NCBI GenBank assembly: GCA_051294375.1
Contig: CM119263.1
Coordinates: 12,317,723 to 12,381,722 of the forward strand
Direction: 5' to 3'
DNA length: 64,000 nucleotides
DNA from: Paraspadella gotoi
Taxonomy: Eukaryota > Animalia > Chaetognatha
Shown: positions 27,071 to 40,603 of the stretch, piece after piece
How the letters are laid out: each line of letters begins with the position of its first letter
How positions within the stretch are numbered: position 1 is the stretch's first letter
The notes under the pieces: generated by a model
The model's database searches: none
Told to the model about the DNA's origin: nothing
The model's input: the letters and a program-made list of their open reading frames with translations, nothing else
Made by a program: the position numbers and the translations under genes

Positions 27071-27763
27071 TTAGGATTCACTTCGTCGTTCTTTCCCCCC
27101 CGTCCGAGGACCCGGATTTATATATTATCTCCGATGTAACTGGAGCTCTTATGTGCCCGGATGTCACTGAAAATAACCTGAGGGACGAGAATGTTGAGGA
27201 AGGCGTCGTCTGGGTTCTCATCGCGTATTCAAAACCTGAAGCTGTACTCAAGCGGGAGAACCTTTTGAAGAATTCGCGATTCGAGCCGTTGAGGGAGAGA
27301 GAGAGGGAGGAGAAGTAAAAAAATTAAAGAAAAAATAATTTAAAAATTAAAGAAAAAGATAGAAAAAAAATGGGAATAAGGGAAATGAAACGATAAACGA
27401 AAAAAAAAGAATGGTGAAAAAAAAGATAGACAAACCATTATAAAAAAAGATGGACGAAAGGAAATGGAAAAAAAAATGATGAAAGCCAGCGGATGAGAAA
27501 CCAATTAACAAAAAAAGATAAAAAAAGATGGTCAAAACTCATATATATACTCAGAAGGAAATGGAAAGAGAAATATGATTTTACAGATAAATAGCGAGAT
27601 GTTATACAGCTGATACTGTGATACCGTGGTACCCTGATGGTTTTGAAATAAGCGTAGAGGGGAATGGAATGAAAATGGATGAAGGAGGAGTACGCAGCAT
27701 CACAGAACTCTGTAATCACAGCTCAAAAAACGTGAACTTCGACTCGAAGTGTCCCTGGATCCT
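27071..27763 (+). repeat. Second copy of 6020-6742 that continues into unique sequence (true bridge across the 6743 gap)
   Basis: TAGGATTCACTTCGTCG..CCCTGGATCCT matches 6020-6742 and is preceded by an inverted fragment (26951-27070) of ~26490-26600. Confidence 0.9.
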
Positions 27764-28010
27764 TTTAAACATGAATATTAAACGGCCATACGACTTAAAT
27801 GTACCTCGACTTAGCCTCTTTTATGGCGAAGGCTAAATCATTCGTCTCAACCGTGTGCCCAGGTTCAAGGTACCCAAATATTCCGGTCTGGCAAAAATGT
27901 TTGAAACATCCAGTGACATTGACAGCAAGGTCCGAGGCCCCTTGCCAACAGGTGATACCCCCCGCCGGGTACTGCAGGCAAACCCACCGTTGCCTCAAAA
28001 TATTTGTTAA
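27699..28010 (+). CDS. Probable terminal exon of gene G1 (frame uncertain)
   Basis: GC-richer block after CGCAG that continues the exon truncated at 6678-6742. It ends about 230 bp from the G2 stop. Confidence 0.4.
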
Positions 28011-28237
28011 TAGAATATGATTAGTGGCGAGTGTTTGATTCATTGATGTATATTCCTAAAATTGAAGCGTGTTTAGGCGTTCATTAGTCACGGATTAAGG
28101 TTAACTATCTAACTACGTAATATGCTTGAAATTGTATAATATTTCTTGATTCATACAAATGAAAAATACGGCCAAGTGACACGAAGTTTTATTCAAACTG
28201 GAATCGAAAACTAGGTCTAAACGAGTTCGCGTTGTCT

Positions 28238-31200
28238 TCAGGAATATTCGCAGATATAACCTCCCCGCGGTTGAAATCTGAGATCCTGATGTCGTCCCAC
28301 CCGTTGATTGCCCAGGTTCCCGTGATAGTGATGCCATGACGGTGGCATCGCACTCTTCGATGTTGGATCCGCCCGAACCGATGGGCGGGTAGAGTCCTGA
28401 AGTTGACTTGGTGTGCCCAAAAATATTGTTCGAAATCGGCGAGATACGCGGAGTGAGACTTAATCATTTGCTCGAATCCGATTTGAAGATCAAGAAATGA
28501 TTGCCAATGTTTCTCTTCCATTAACTTCCAAAATGGCGAAGAAAATTNNNNNNNNNNNNNNNNNNNNNNNNNAAAGTGATCGATGATTGTATTTCTCTTG
28601 GACCAAGGTAGGTACTAGGACTTACTACGTTTTCTTAGTTTCACCTGTTCCGGCTTTCGCATTTGGCACCGACCCACCACCGCTTCGAGTTGTCGTAGCC
28701 AGGCTTCTCTCGAACCAGGCGGTCCTCTTCTTCGGAACCGATGATGACCAAGTAGCCCCCACGCCCCTCGCAACCCCGCTTCGCCTGGTCCCAGTTTCCG
28801 CGTTCAACGTGGTAGGTGTAGTTTCCCGAAGCCTGAGAAACGGAGAAAAAAAAGATTCGCATCTCCTCCAGAAATATAAAGAAAAAAATAGCTTTATGTA
28901 CATATAGAATTTTAACATGGCTCAAATTGAACTGATTTTCACTAATATAAAATATGAAACAATATTATATATACGCAATCACTGTTGTCCTCCATAATTG
29001 TCATTTTTGAAATTTCGACAGATTTTGTCTGCTTTAAATTTGGATTGTTTTGTCTTGTTTTTTCTTTTCTTATCTTTCTTATCTTTTCCTCCTTCATGAA
29101 TATTCAAACCACCTTCATGAAATCCACGGCGCAGGTGTAACCGTCGCCCACGTGCGAATCGGGTGGACAGCTGCAGCTAAATCCTCCGCGGGAATTGTGA
29201 CAAATGCCGTGAGCGCTGCAGTTGTTGAGGGTGACATCGGCGCATTCATTAACATCGTCGCAAACACTGCCGTCCCCCTGGAAACCCCGTTTGCAGGTGC
29301 AAGCGTACGAGCCCGCGCTGTTGCTGCAAGTCGCGTCGGCGCTACATATGTTCGTCTGCAGAAATGTATTTCACTGAAAAAAGTCATTCGTCAAAACGAT
29401 AATTACGGAAAATATAAAAAATAACCTTGCATTCGTCGACGTCGCTGCACGATTTACCGTCACCTTCGTATCCCACAACGCAAGCGCAAGAGTATCCGCC
29501 AGCGGTGTTGCTGCAATTCGCATTCACGTCGCAATAGTTCCTTTGCCATTAAATCCAATAAGTTAGAACTAACAAATCATGCTGACAAACAATCGTTGAG
29601 TGAACAAAATTAATTGAATCAAACCAGTTGCGCATTCGTCGATGTCGGAGCACATATCCGTCTCCTCTAAATCCTGTTTGCACCTAAGAATCAAATAATC
29701 AATTTTATTTAAGCTAATTTTAAATCAATTGATTCATTGAATTAAAAAAAAACAGGTTTGATTCAAAAACGATCGCAAATTGCTAAAACGTGATCGCCCC
29801 TAAAAAAAAAACGCCAATGTTCTTAAATCTTCTAGCAAATGTCTCACTTGCAAGTGTAACTGCCGACATGTTGTTGCAGATGGCGTTCGTCGTGACATTC
29901 GTTGATTTTGACGCCGTCGCATTCTCACACGTACAGAGAACGATCCCGTCACCTTCACCCCTTGCACAGATGCATTGAAAAGAACCTGAAGACAACTTGT
30001 AATGAGTATTTGAGCGTTTAAGCGTTTGAGCATTTTGAATATTTGAGAATTTCATCCCCGACCCTGACTGTTGCTGCAGTCGGCCAGGTTGTGGCAAGGA
30101 TTTGACGAGCACTCGTTGACATCGTCGCATTTGCGCTTCCCGTCCCCGCTGAATCCCGGCTTGCACACGCACGAGTATGAACCCTCGTTGTTGACGCAGT
30201 TGGCGTTGGGGTGACACTCGTGAGGGAATGCCTCCGCGCATTCGTTTATGTCCTGGATTGATGTCGAGAATTAACTTCTAGATTGTTATTCTCGCTAGGG
30301 TAGCCGTTTCCATGGCGACTAACCTGACAAGTCTTCCCGTCTCCGTGGTAACCATGTTTGCAGAAGCAGGCGTATCCCTTGATAGTGTCCACGCAGTCCG
30401 CGTTCTTGTCGCAGTGATGCTCCAACGGATTCGCGCATTGATCTCTGTTACAAAATCAATACAGTTTATATCCCAATCAATTTATAATTCCTATTCAAAT
30501 TCCTAAAAAATTTAAGTAATTTTTATTATTTACCCAATTCCATTTACCTAATTATTTTTTTCTCTTTAATAATTCGACCTATCAACTACTTTCCGAGATG
30601 GGCGTGTCCACTCGCCTGAGCGCGTTCTTGAAGGAGTCATCGAAGGTGTTGAGCTTGCTTTTGATCTCCGACGCCATGTTGGCGATGATTTCCTCAACGT
30701 CGTTTCGATCGCGAACCAGTTGACGGGTGATCTATAGTCAGAGAGTCCAAAAGTTGGCGCGTGAGATAGTTTGCTCGTGATAATTAATTTCGAAACTCTC
30801 CCGAACAAGCTTAATAAATCACAATCAACGCTGACCACTGAGCAAAACGAAGCCATCAAAACATTCGAAACATTCTAACGCTTCTTCTACAAAAATCTGC
30901 CACCCTCAAATCACCCTTACCTCACTCTCGCCTCATTCTCTAACCACCCTCGTCTCGACCTTGACTCACCCGCTCCACGTCAGAGACGACGTTCCTAAGT
31001 TCCGCTTGAAAGTTTCGCTTCTCGAGGGCGATGGCACTTTCGAGTCCACGCCGAGCGAAAGCGATGTTCCGTTCCAGCTCCCGCTCCAGCAGAAACTTGA
31101 GTCGCGCCATCTTTCGGTCGGTCTCCAGTCGTAGTTCCATCGCCAAAGCATTCTTCGATCTTTGCAGCTCATTCAGGCGTCCCATGATGTTGTGGTGCTC

Positions 31201-32030
31201 CGTGGAGGCGGAATTTCGAAAAGAGTCGAGCCCTCTAAATCGTGGAGAGAAGGGAATTAAAAGTAATATAAGAAGAAATAAAAAAAAGAAGAAATATAAG
31301 AAGCCTCATCGACGACGACGGGCCCTGCCTTTCGGACGACTCGGTGGCGTTGTCAAAAGCCTTCTTTGCATCGGCCCGGGCCACATCGACGACCGTCTTG
31401 ATCCTCTCTCGCGTCCGATTCGAAGTCTCGTCGTGCGAGAGACGAAACTCCATGAACTTCTCCGTGTGGACTGAGACGAGATGCGTGAGGGAGTCGAGTT
31501 GGGCGTTGAGGTCACTCGTCCCTGAAAATCGAATCATAATATTAATAATATTAATAATTGTAATAATATTAATAATTGTCAATCGATTATCACCTCGTTT
31601 AAGCTTTCGCTTTCGTTTTCATTCATACTCACTCTGTGCAAATTTAGATTCGTTGGTTAGTATGAGGATGAAGCAGAGAAGAAGAAATAACACCAGCGCC
31701 ACTAAACCGCAGATTTGGATTCTCGACAACTATAAACAAAAGGGAAATGTGATTGTGTTTAGGGAGAGCAACACGCAAATTGGCGATGCTGATCATTTAG
31801 AATAAAAGGGAGAAAAACCATTGTGATTGTCATCTAACGTCACGCCGTAACACTCTTTTGTTCAGAATGAAAGCAACTGTGTTGAGCGGCGCCGACTGAA
31901 AAGCCGTTGGCAATGAATAAGTATTTTTTCATCAAGGATCTTCAATTCGCTTTAATTCATTTCGCTCCTCAATCTTCATAAGGTTTTTTACTCGCAATCC
32001 CGGGGAAGAGAGAGAGGAGAGAGAGAGGAC

Positions 32031-32086
<56 letters not shown>

Positions 32087-32318
32087 GGTTGTCGGGGAAA
32101 GAAAAATTGCAGGACGTTCCACCTTCGATATTCTTCGTTTTCCGCTTTGTCAGAGGAGCTAGAAGACAAACTAGTTTTCGCTTCCGGTTTCGTGTCCGCT
32201 TCTTCATCCGGTTTTTTTTCTTCAATTCCGCTTCCGGTTTCGCTTTCACTTCTGCATCGACTTCTTTTCTTTCCGCTTCCAATTTCTTTTTAGTTTTTAT
32301 CTCCTCCTCTGCTTCCAT
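28238..32318 (-). CDS. Type II membrane receptor: E/K-rich cytoplasmic tail, TM, coiled-coil neck, 7 calcium-binding EGF repeats, C-terminal C-type lectin domain (gene G2, probable authentic copy)
   Basis: Exons reconciled across the three copies: [16 protein letters not shown].. (from 32318); TM exon 31729-31633 [32 protein letters not shown], phase-1 joined to [22 protein letters not shown]; coiled exons [46 protein letters not shown] and [26 protein letters not shown]; seven D[IV][ND]EC..C..NA.C.N..GSY.C.C..G[FY].GDG..C units (~30445-29113); [48 protein letters not shown] (28832-28646) and [15 protein letters not shown] (to 28238). Possible upstream exon MTMSADFKFRSFANEDEDDTG near 33690. 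Confidence 0.88.
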
Positions 32319-32586
32319 ATTCGCTGCCGCAACAAAAACACCGCAAGAACGGATCTAAACGGTTTTTCTAACTCGTAAAATATTCAATGGCGGCGGAAGA
32401 AATGGGATAAAGGGGAGGCGTTTGGCAACCCTATTAAGTCGCTTGGCCCGGCTTTAGGCTCTCTCTGCTTGTCTGCTTGGCTCTCTCTCGCTTTCCTCTT
32501 TTTCGCGTTCCCTTTCTTTCTTGGGAGATTTTTTTCCTTTTTTTCTAATTTCACTCTTCTCTACTCTGACAAACACATGTTCTCTC

Positions 32587-32630
<44 letters not shown>

Positions 32631-34451
32631 ACTGACATTTGAGGCGAAATCCCCGTTAATGGATCCGCATTCTGAAGCCTCTCATATTCACTCGGGAATC
32701 GAAATGACAGACGCGCCTTCATAAACATCTCAAAATAGCGCCTCACCTCCGAAAGGGAAGTCTATGGACGGACGATTTTTCCGCCATTAACGATTAATAC
32801 GCGTCACTTCCGGGAAACGACGGAAACGTGGAAACGCGCAGCAAGCTTTTTTTCATTTTTATATTACCTTCGACTTTGAATTTACGTTTATTGCGCATCA
32901 ATAAATCACAGTCAGTGAAACAACATCTCTGTTTAACTCACCCGCTCCACAAATCGCAGCTCGTAGGGTAAGGCCCCGCCCAACTTGTTGAAACTCCGAG
33001 ATGAAAAGGCGGAACCTGAAGTGGAAATCAAGTATGGGACGATTATTCATAAATATAATAAAAGTAAACAGTAGTAGTAAATTGTTTAAAAAAAAAAACG
33101 AAAATTAATTTTCGATGCTTCACGTTTCTTATCATTATATTTTTACATAATATTTAAAGATGTATATCAAAACTCGACCAACCTAAAACTAAGGAAATGA
33201 TTTGTAAGTAACATAGGTAATTGCAATACCATTTTGAAAATCTTTGTTTATGAAATACGTACATTTCTTACATAAAAAAATAATTATAATTGTAATGTTA
33301 TGTATAATTTTAAAAAAATAACCGGTCTATAAAGCGTTCTGAACCTTGTGCGACGCCAGTGGCAAATAAAAGAAAGTAAATCCCCGGAACGGAAAAAAAA
33401 ACAAAAAAAAACAAACCAAAAAAACACGAAAAACCCCCATAGTCGTTTTTTTTTTTCTTTCGCCGAAGCGACTTTACTTGAAATTTCCCCCGGGACGATT
33501 TTCCTCCTTTTGTCCTCGGAGAGATTTCCCGTTCCATCCTCTCCTCCCTCTTTCCCTCCCTCGCTCTTTCTCTCGCTCTCCCTCTCGCGCCTCTCTCTCT
33601 CTCTCTCCCCCTCGGCTCCGCCCCCGAACCCAGTGTCGTCTTCGTCCTCGTTGGCGAAGGAGCGAAATTTGAAGTCCGCCGACATCGTCATCCGGAAGGC
33701 GGAGAGAGTGGACCAAAGGGGTGTGTCTGAAGAGTGGTCGGAGAGCTGGGAGTGGCAAGAGTGGTGAAAGGGGTGGATCAAGTGGTGAGCGGGTTATTAC
33801 AGACGCGGAGAAGTGTCGATCTAGTTGAAAGCGTTACTCAAGATGCCGTTGGATGCAGTGGATGGGATCATCGCGGCCAATTGCTATGAGGAGGATCATG
33901 TCTGGTTTTTATTTTGGATTCCCACTTTTTGTTTCACAATTTTTTTTGTGTTTTTAAAATCCACGGTTTGATATTTTTTTTTGTTTTGATTTTATATTTA
34001 CGGTAGAAGCCGGCGGAAGAATAAAATTTATCACGTTGCTGTTTGTGTTCTTATTTTTTAAATTTTTTTCGCTAAATTTAATTTTTTTAGAAAAAATCAG
34101 TCAAGCGAAAAAAGGGGGAGAAATCGTCGAGCAAAAAAGGGAAAATAATTGGGGTCCATAACCGAAGAAACGATTGGTCTTAATTCATTTCTGCTTTCTT
34201 TCTTTTACGAAATATATACTCCGTGTTGAAACAGTCGAACCAGCATGTAAAGGACGATGAAAAGTGACGGAAATAGTCAAGGATTCCTTTTAGTTTGGGT
34301 CATTAAACTTGCTTAGCTTTTGACACAAAATCTGCTCATCTACGTTAAATTCTATTTTCTTCATCGGAAACAATGAAGAGACACATATATGCGCCACTCG
34401 TTTTCTTTAAAAAGTAGACGATTAATTAAATGACAAAATACAAAATATTCT

Positions 34452-34489
<38 letters not shown>

Positions 34490-35224
34490 CCCGCCCCCTT
34501 GTGTCCGGAGTGTGAATGCGGGATAGAGAGAGAGAGAGAGAGACAAACAGAGAGAGAGGGAGAGATGAGCGAATTTGTTATTCTTTACCGAAGAAAATAA
34601 TCGAACTTTGAACGTCATTTCTCACAAAAGGTGGGAGGAGGAGGGGGTCGACTGAGGGAGGATTAACGAAGGGTGGTAACCTTGAGGGGACGGGGGGAGA
34701 TTTATCTTTAGCAGCGCAGGTGTTGACCTTGATAATTATAGTTATAGCCGATAACTTGAAAGGTGTACGTTAGATTAGACTGAATATCGTGGCGCGAGAA
34801 AAGAATAGAAAAAAAATTGATTAGCGAAAAACATAAGGGTTTCGATTTTGATTCAATTTGCGACCCCAAGGATCCTCCCAAATTGTTCTCGAACGAAACG
34901 AAGGGTATTTGGATTGTGAATCTGGAAATCACCGAACAGGTCACTAGTTTCGTCCTTTGATTCCGTGCACTATTTGACGCGAGGTCGTTTGAGGTTTTTT
35001 TGGGTTTTTTTTTCTGTAACATATCAAGTTGCAATCCTTGATTAAAAGTCTCGCTTGGTGGCCTCTACACAATTTTAGCTTGTCGAGACAGAACAGTTTG
35101 ACCATAAATATCAACGTTTTAGTTGAAATCGATACTTTTTCCTCTATTTTATTTTTCCTATTTTCCTCTCATCCTTTCCACGTCCCCTTTTTCGCACTCT
35201 ACTCCTTCCGCCCCTTCCTTCCAG

Positions 35225-38200
35225 CAACTGCGAATAGAACAAGCCCGGCGTCGCGTCCTGGAGTGGGAGTTCGTCGCCAAACTGCTCAGAGACGAGATCC
35301 AACGGCTAAAGGCAATTGGAATGGATGAATGGATGTACGGATGGATGGATGACTGAAAACTACCTGGATGAAAAAAAAAGTGATTATTGATTAGTGATTC
35401 CGTTGTGAGTGATCGACTGAACTGGATCATTAATTTTGAACAATCGACGATGTAAAGAAATGCGCAAAATTATTTGCAAAGTCGGTAGTAAAGAACTCTT
35501 TGATGTTTTTTCTCCCTGTTCCTTTGATCCCTCCACAACCACGATGAAAACCCTTAACTTTAACAACTTGTCATGAACCTTCAGCTCTCCCTACCAACAT
35601 TCCTTTCCGCACGTTCTCGAAACATTCCCGACCACCAGAGTTCAAAGGTTTTACCCGCCCGCTTCTTTTTTTCGCATAATTTCGTCCTCACTTCCTTGTT
35701 CCCTCACTCCGTTCAAAGCCAATACAATTTTTTCTTCTTCTAAAATTCCCCCTTAACATACCAACATTCACTCTTTTTTTTCTCCCAACTGAGCGCTCAC
35801 TTTCACTCCTCCCCAAAAATCCCATCACGTCTCCTTCCCTCCCTCTTCCTCCCATATTTACAGGCCTGTTGTGTGGAAATGAGTCGGATCATCGAAATGA
35901 GCGAGAGAAAAGTCGCGCAGTTGCAAGAACAGAAATCGGATAACGGGAAGGAAGACGCTCGGAGCAGGTAAGCCGGGCTTAAAACAATTGTGAAAACGGA
36001 GCGAAAATAGATACTTAATGTAAATTTTTCGAAGCCAAAAGGGAGTGGANNNNNNNNNNTTAGTTGTTTTTACTTGAAGTATATACCTTTTTTTTTAAAT
36101 GCCCTGTTTAAAACTATATTTGAGATTAAGTAGGGTTAAATGAAAAGAGAAAAAGAGTCTCAGTTGAAAAAGGCTGATGAAGTGAGATCAGAGTCGGGTC
36201 ATTAAAGGAATTCGCCCACAGCTGATCAGCCCAGAGGAAATGAAAAAAAAGGGGACATCGAAAAGCGATCGTGAGTCCAGGATATTGTGTTAGCCCATGT
36301 GTCAGTGAGAATATAGAAAGGACCAACACTTAATCAGAGCCATTAGTGAATAAGAAAGGCTATGTTGGGAATAAGATAAGACACAAAATGTCATAGGATA
36401 TCAAGAGATGGCAAGAGAAGCTGACAAATGGTGAAAAAAGTATCTGATGCTGTGAGCTGAGTAGACTGATAGTGCGAGAAGACACACAGTGACTGTGAAA
36501 AACCTACGCCAGATGTTCTGAGAGTTTGAGTGATTGAGAGGCCGTGAAACGAAATTAGCCCGGGACGAGAGGAAAAAGCCGCGAGGCGCAATTAGCGAGG
36601 AATCGCGGCTTCGCCTTCAACCTTTTTTTCTCTGCTCCGATGAAAAATGCAAATGAGTTGAAACGACTTCTTCTTCCTCAACGCAGATTGAGAGAGAGAC
36701 TCTCGGAATTAAGCGACGTCGCCGTCGTCCAGGAAATGTCCGTCGGAAACAATAAACTCGTCATCAAACTTTTGCAGGTGAGATAGTTTTATCGCGTGGT
36801 TTTTTTTTCTGTAAATGTTTGGCTTTTCTTTTTAGGTTTATGATGTGTTTCAATGCGCATTCTCAACATTCACAGCAAAAGCAACGGCCGCCCGTTTCCC
36901 GTTTTATCAATTAGCACTATCTCTTTATCCCCCCAAACCTTAGGACGTCTTTCCTTCGTCGACGTCTCTCCCCAGCGCCGCGTCATCCTCCGAAGCGGCG
37001 GCGCCGGTTCACGACCTCGACGACGGTCTACACTCGGCGGCGCCCACGTGTGAAGCTTACAAGGACGACGGCGCCCGTACTTTAGGAATCGAGGGAGACC
37101 AGATGGCTCCGCGAGTTTCCTCGACGGCGGAAGCGGTGGCAAAGGTGGCCGCCGCCACCGCAGCTGCCGTCGCTATGGCGGGTGATTGGGGCGCCTGGAG
37201 TGAATTACCGATGAATTAAGGAATCCTTGAAACGGAGGCTTAGAGAAAAGCTAGAGTCAAGATGCTGATAGACACGCTGTAGTCTGTACAAACAGAAAGA
37301 CAAATAGGCAAAGATAAAGAGACAGTCCAAGAGGCAAATAAGAAAAAAAAAATACGGACTGAAAAAGCATAAAAAAAACCAACCAGGAGTAAAAAAAACT
37401 ACACTAAATCACAAAATCCTCCAATAGGCCGCGCTGAAGTTAGGCTTAGTTTCCTCTGAAAACGTTGGTAGTAAAAAATTAAGTCAACTACTTCTCCTTC
37501 TTTCAGGTTCGATCGACGCCAACCAGCGCATCTTCAAAACCAGCCATCCCCCTTTCGATGCCGCGGATTCAGTGGACGACGCTTCTCGAAGTCTTTTGAC
37601 TGAAGCCGTCTGCGCCGACAGCTGCGGCTGCGTCGGCGATGGCGCGGAAAACGGATGCGTCGGCGTTGTCGGCCCTGGAGGATGCGAAGCGCGTGGTTGC
37701 TTAGGCCGTAGCGGTTTCGGTGGAGTTGGTAGAAGCGCCGACGATCGGCGCGATCGAAAACCCTCACCGGAAAAAAATGGTCTGACCAACGAAATTATTT
37801 ATCAGGTGAGTGAGATGGTGGATAGTGGATTCACTTTTTAAAAAAATATGTTATTTTGTTTTTCATCTCTGAAATTTTAAACTGATTCTCATTTCAGAAT
37901 CTGCATCAAACGGCAATCGTGATGCAGAGCGGTTTGGAGGAAAGTCAAGACGACAACTCCATTCTGCTCATCGTCGACTTTGATTCCGAAGATTTTCAAA
38001 TTACCGCCGCAAAAGTAAGGCGTACTAAAATATCATATATTAATACATAAATATTGAATAACTTTTATATTGGTTGTACCAATTTCATGTTCTTAAATAT
38101 ATCTAATCAATACAATATTAGGACTGATATTTTTAATTATAACGAGAAAACCCCTTTTAAAGGTAAGCGACGAATCTCTACCCATGGCGGATTTGGCCCG

Positions 38201-38345
38201 CAAGGCCGTGGAAACCAACGACCTTTTGTTTTTGGTTGAGGAAGTTTACAACAGATGGCAGCTTCAGCGGTGCCCCTTGGAGGCGAGCGACCAAGAGGTC
38301 TCCTGTTTGCCGTTGATAGAGGAATTGCAAGAATCTGAAGAATGA
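35225..38345 (+). CDS. Multi-exon protein of unknown function, C-terminus possibly RWD-like (gene G3)
   Basis: Putative exons ~35225-35310, ~35864-35966, ~36687-36777 (RLRERLSELSDVAVVQEMSVGNNKLVIKLLQ), ~36944-37200, 37507-37805, then clean phase-0 exons 37898-38014 (NLHQTAIVMQSGLEESQDDNSILLIVDFDSEDFQITAAK) and 38163-38345 (VSDESLPMADLARKAVETNDLLFLVEEVYNRW..EE*). Start not located. Confidence 0.6.
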
Positions 38346-40603
38346 AAATCATTAGTTCGTTTGTTCGTTCGTTGGTTTGTTCTTTTTTTAGCCATAAATT
38401 TGCATGTTTTTAACGTTATTAGTTAAAGTAATCGACAACGCGGAGCCCTTGGCGGGCGAACTTGAGTATTTGTTCAAAAGCGATAACGTTTATCATTTTT
38501 CAATAATGAGTGATTTTAACAAAATTTCAAAATTTTAACGGTTGTTAATAACACATCCGGATAGATGGGAAGGAAACGTAGACCAAATAAAGAATGCATG
38601 CGGGGTTAAACAAATACGTTTAATTTTAGAAAACGTAACTCTTCGCAACCAATTTCAAGTAAATTTCTGCCTTGCGATATTGTATGAGAATGACTTTTGT
38701 TTGTGTATTGAACCTAAGTATAACCGCGTTTCGCATTATTAGCTTGACTCTTTTAAACTCGTGTGAGCGTCTATTAATGAATTCGATCCATAACCTGAGC
38801 ATTAAAGCTGTAGTAATTAGTAATTAAGAACTATAAGATAAGTAAATGTACATGACAGGACCTTTATAAATTATAACAGATAATGAAACTGAGATATATG
38901 ACGTTAAGTGTTTACATGTAATTGTGTTGAAAAATATATTGTTGGCTTGAATCCTTTTTGAACCCAAATAAATGTTTCAACAAAAGTAATCGTAGTTTCA
39001 TCTTAATGGAACAACTGCTGATAGAAACAAGTAGCAATCATCCAATGAATACTAAATTTCTCCTCATGTTATATAAGATTAATTAGAAAACGTAAAATAA
39101 CTTCATTGTTTACAACAACGACGTGAGCTGTCCTCACCCTCGATGACGGCCTCTTACCCCTGTCTGTTTTAAAATTCGGGGTTACGTCATTTAATGTGTT
39201 AATTAAACGACACCAAGGTTGACAATAACCCCTTTTTAAAAGCCAGGTTAGCTCACTTATTAATATTATGTACCTTTTACCAATTCTCTTATAACTTCAT
39301 GTATACAGAGTGTTCCACTTAAGTTGAACTCTTACTAAGTTTAAAATATGATAGGATAAAATTATTCTAAGCTAATACAGGTTATAAATATAATATCCTC
39401 AAATGGGGACCCTTAACCTGGACCGCAGGCAAGCCTGGGTCAAAGTAATCCCTCAGGTCCCTAGCAGGTCCTAACCCAGTGCATACACCGGGCACCTCAG
39501 CGTTCTCCTTAATCCCTAGCCTACCAAAATCTAACTAATAGCTAACTCTGCAAAAACATAATGTATGTTTAATACATCTACTATAACATTAGCTAAGAGT
39601 AATCTAGTACAGACGGTATACAATACAAGTAAATTACAATACACAGACCAAGCTTTTTAATAATAAGACGTTTTATAATTTTGATTCAACTTTTTATGAA
39701 GAATCTGAATCTTTATTGGGAGTTCTAGGGGGTTTCTTTTTGGAGTTTACTATTTTGTTGGAATATTACTGCTAATGTATTATATTTTACTATTCGGTTC
39801 CTGAGTCAATATGAATAAGATATTTTTGTACGAGTTAATCTTAGTTAATCTTGCTATCTCACATCTAAATATCTTTGTTAGATCATTCAAATAAGTTTTT
39901 TGTTAAACTCTAATGAGCAAGGTCACAAACGGCTGTCGAAAATGAATAGGCAACGACATGACTCAGAAGAGTCTAACATTCAAGAAGCAATTTGGCGCTC
40001 CTTACAGGACAGACAGGATGAAGAGGGCATGGGAAATCTGGAAATTAGCACTTTTAACAATTAGGCTTGTATTATGCCTGGAACTATATTATAGTTATTT
40101 CACATGTAACCGAGGTACGTAATTAACTAAAAAGGCAATCGATGCCAAAATAAAGCTTGGATAAACGTTACGAAAATACAACACTTCAAAACTTCCAGAT
40201 AAATGAAAACTAGTACCTGTAACAATTAGACTTGTATTCTACCCGGAAACCATGTATACAACGAAAAGAGTCTAATCGAACGCCTTAAGTCCGTTCACTC
40301 GTATAAATTCGAATTGCTGCGTCGACTAAAGACATACCAACCACAATTACATTCCCCGAGAGAAGAAATAAAATTGGTTTTCCATAGATATTCCTTCAAA
40401 CCAAACAGTAAAGTTTACGTAGTTAATTTAATAACCAAAAGCCAAGTTTTTTATGTTTAAAAATACTCAAATGAAGTTAGGTCGAGGGGATCACATAACA
40501 AAATAAAACTACTTTTTGGGTGTGAATTGGGCAGTAACAAAAATAGCCTCATTGGCAAAAATTAACTATTATTATGATAAACGGAGACATGCACTAAGTG
40601 GTT

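Noticed and set aside
6768-37816. Real tandem plus inverted amplification of an immune-receptor locus, or a giant palindrome
   Set aside because: Shared errors, 25-N gaps at the boundaries and fold-backs at the contig end point to gap-filling (kept as a finding to test)
38720-38760. Penelope-type minimal hammerhead on the minus strand (GCGAAACGCG)
   Set aside because: No CTGANGA core upstream
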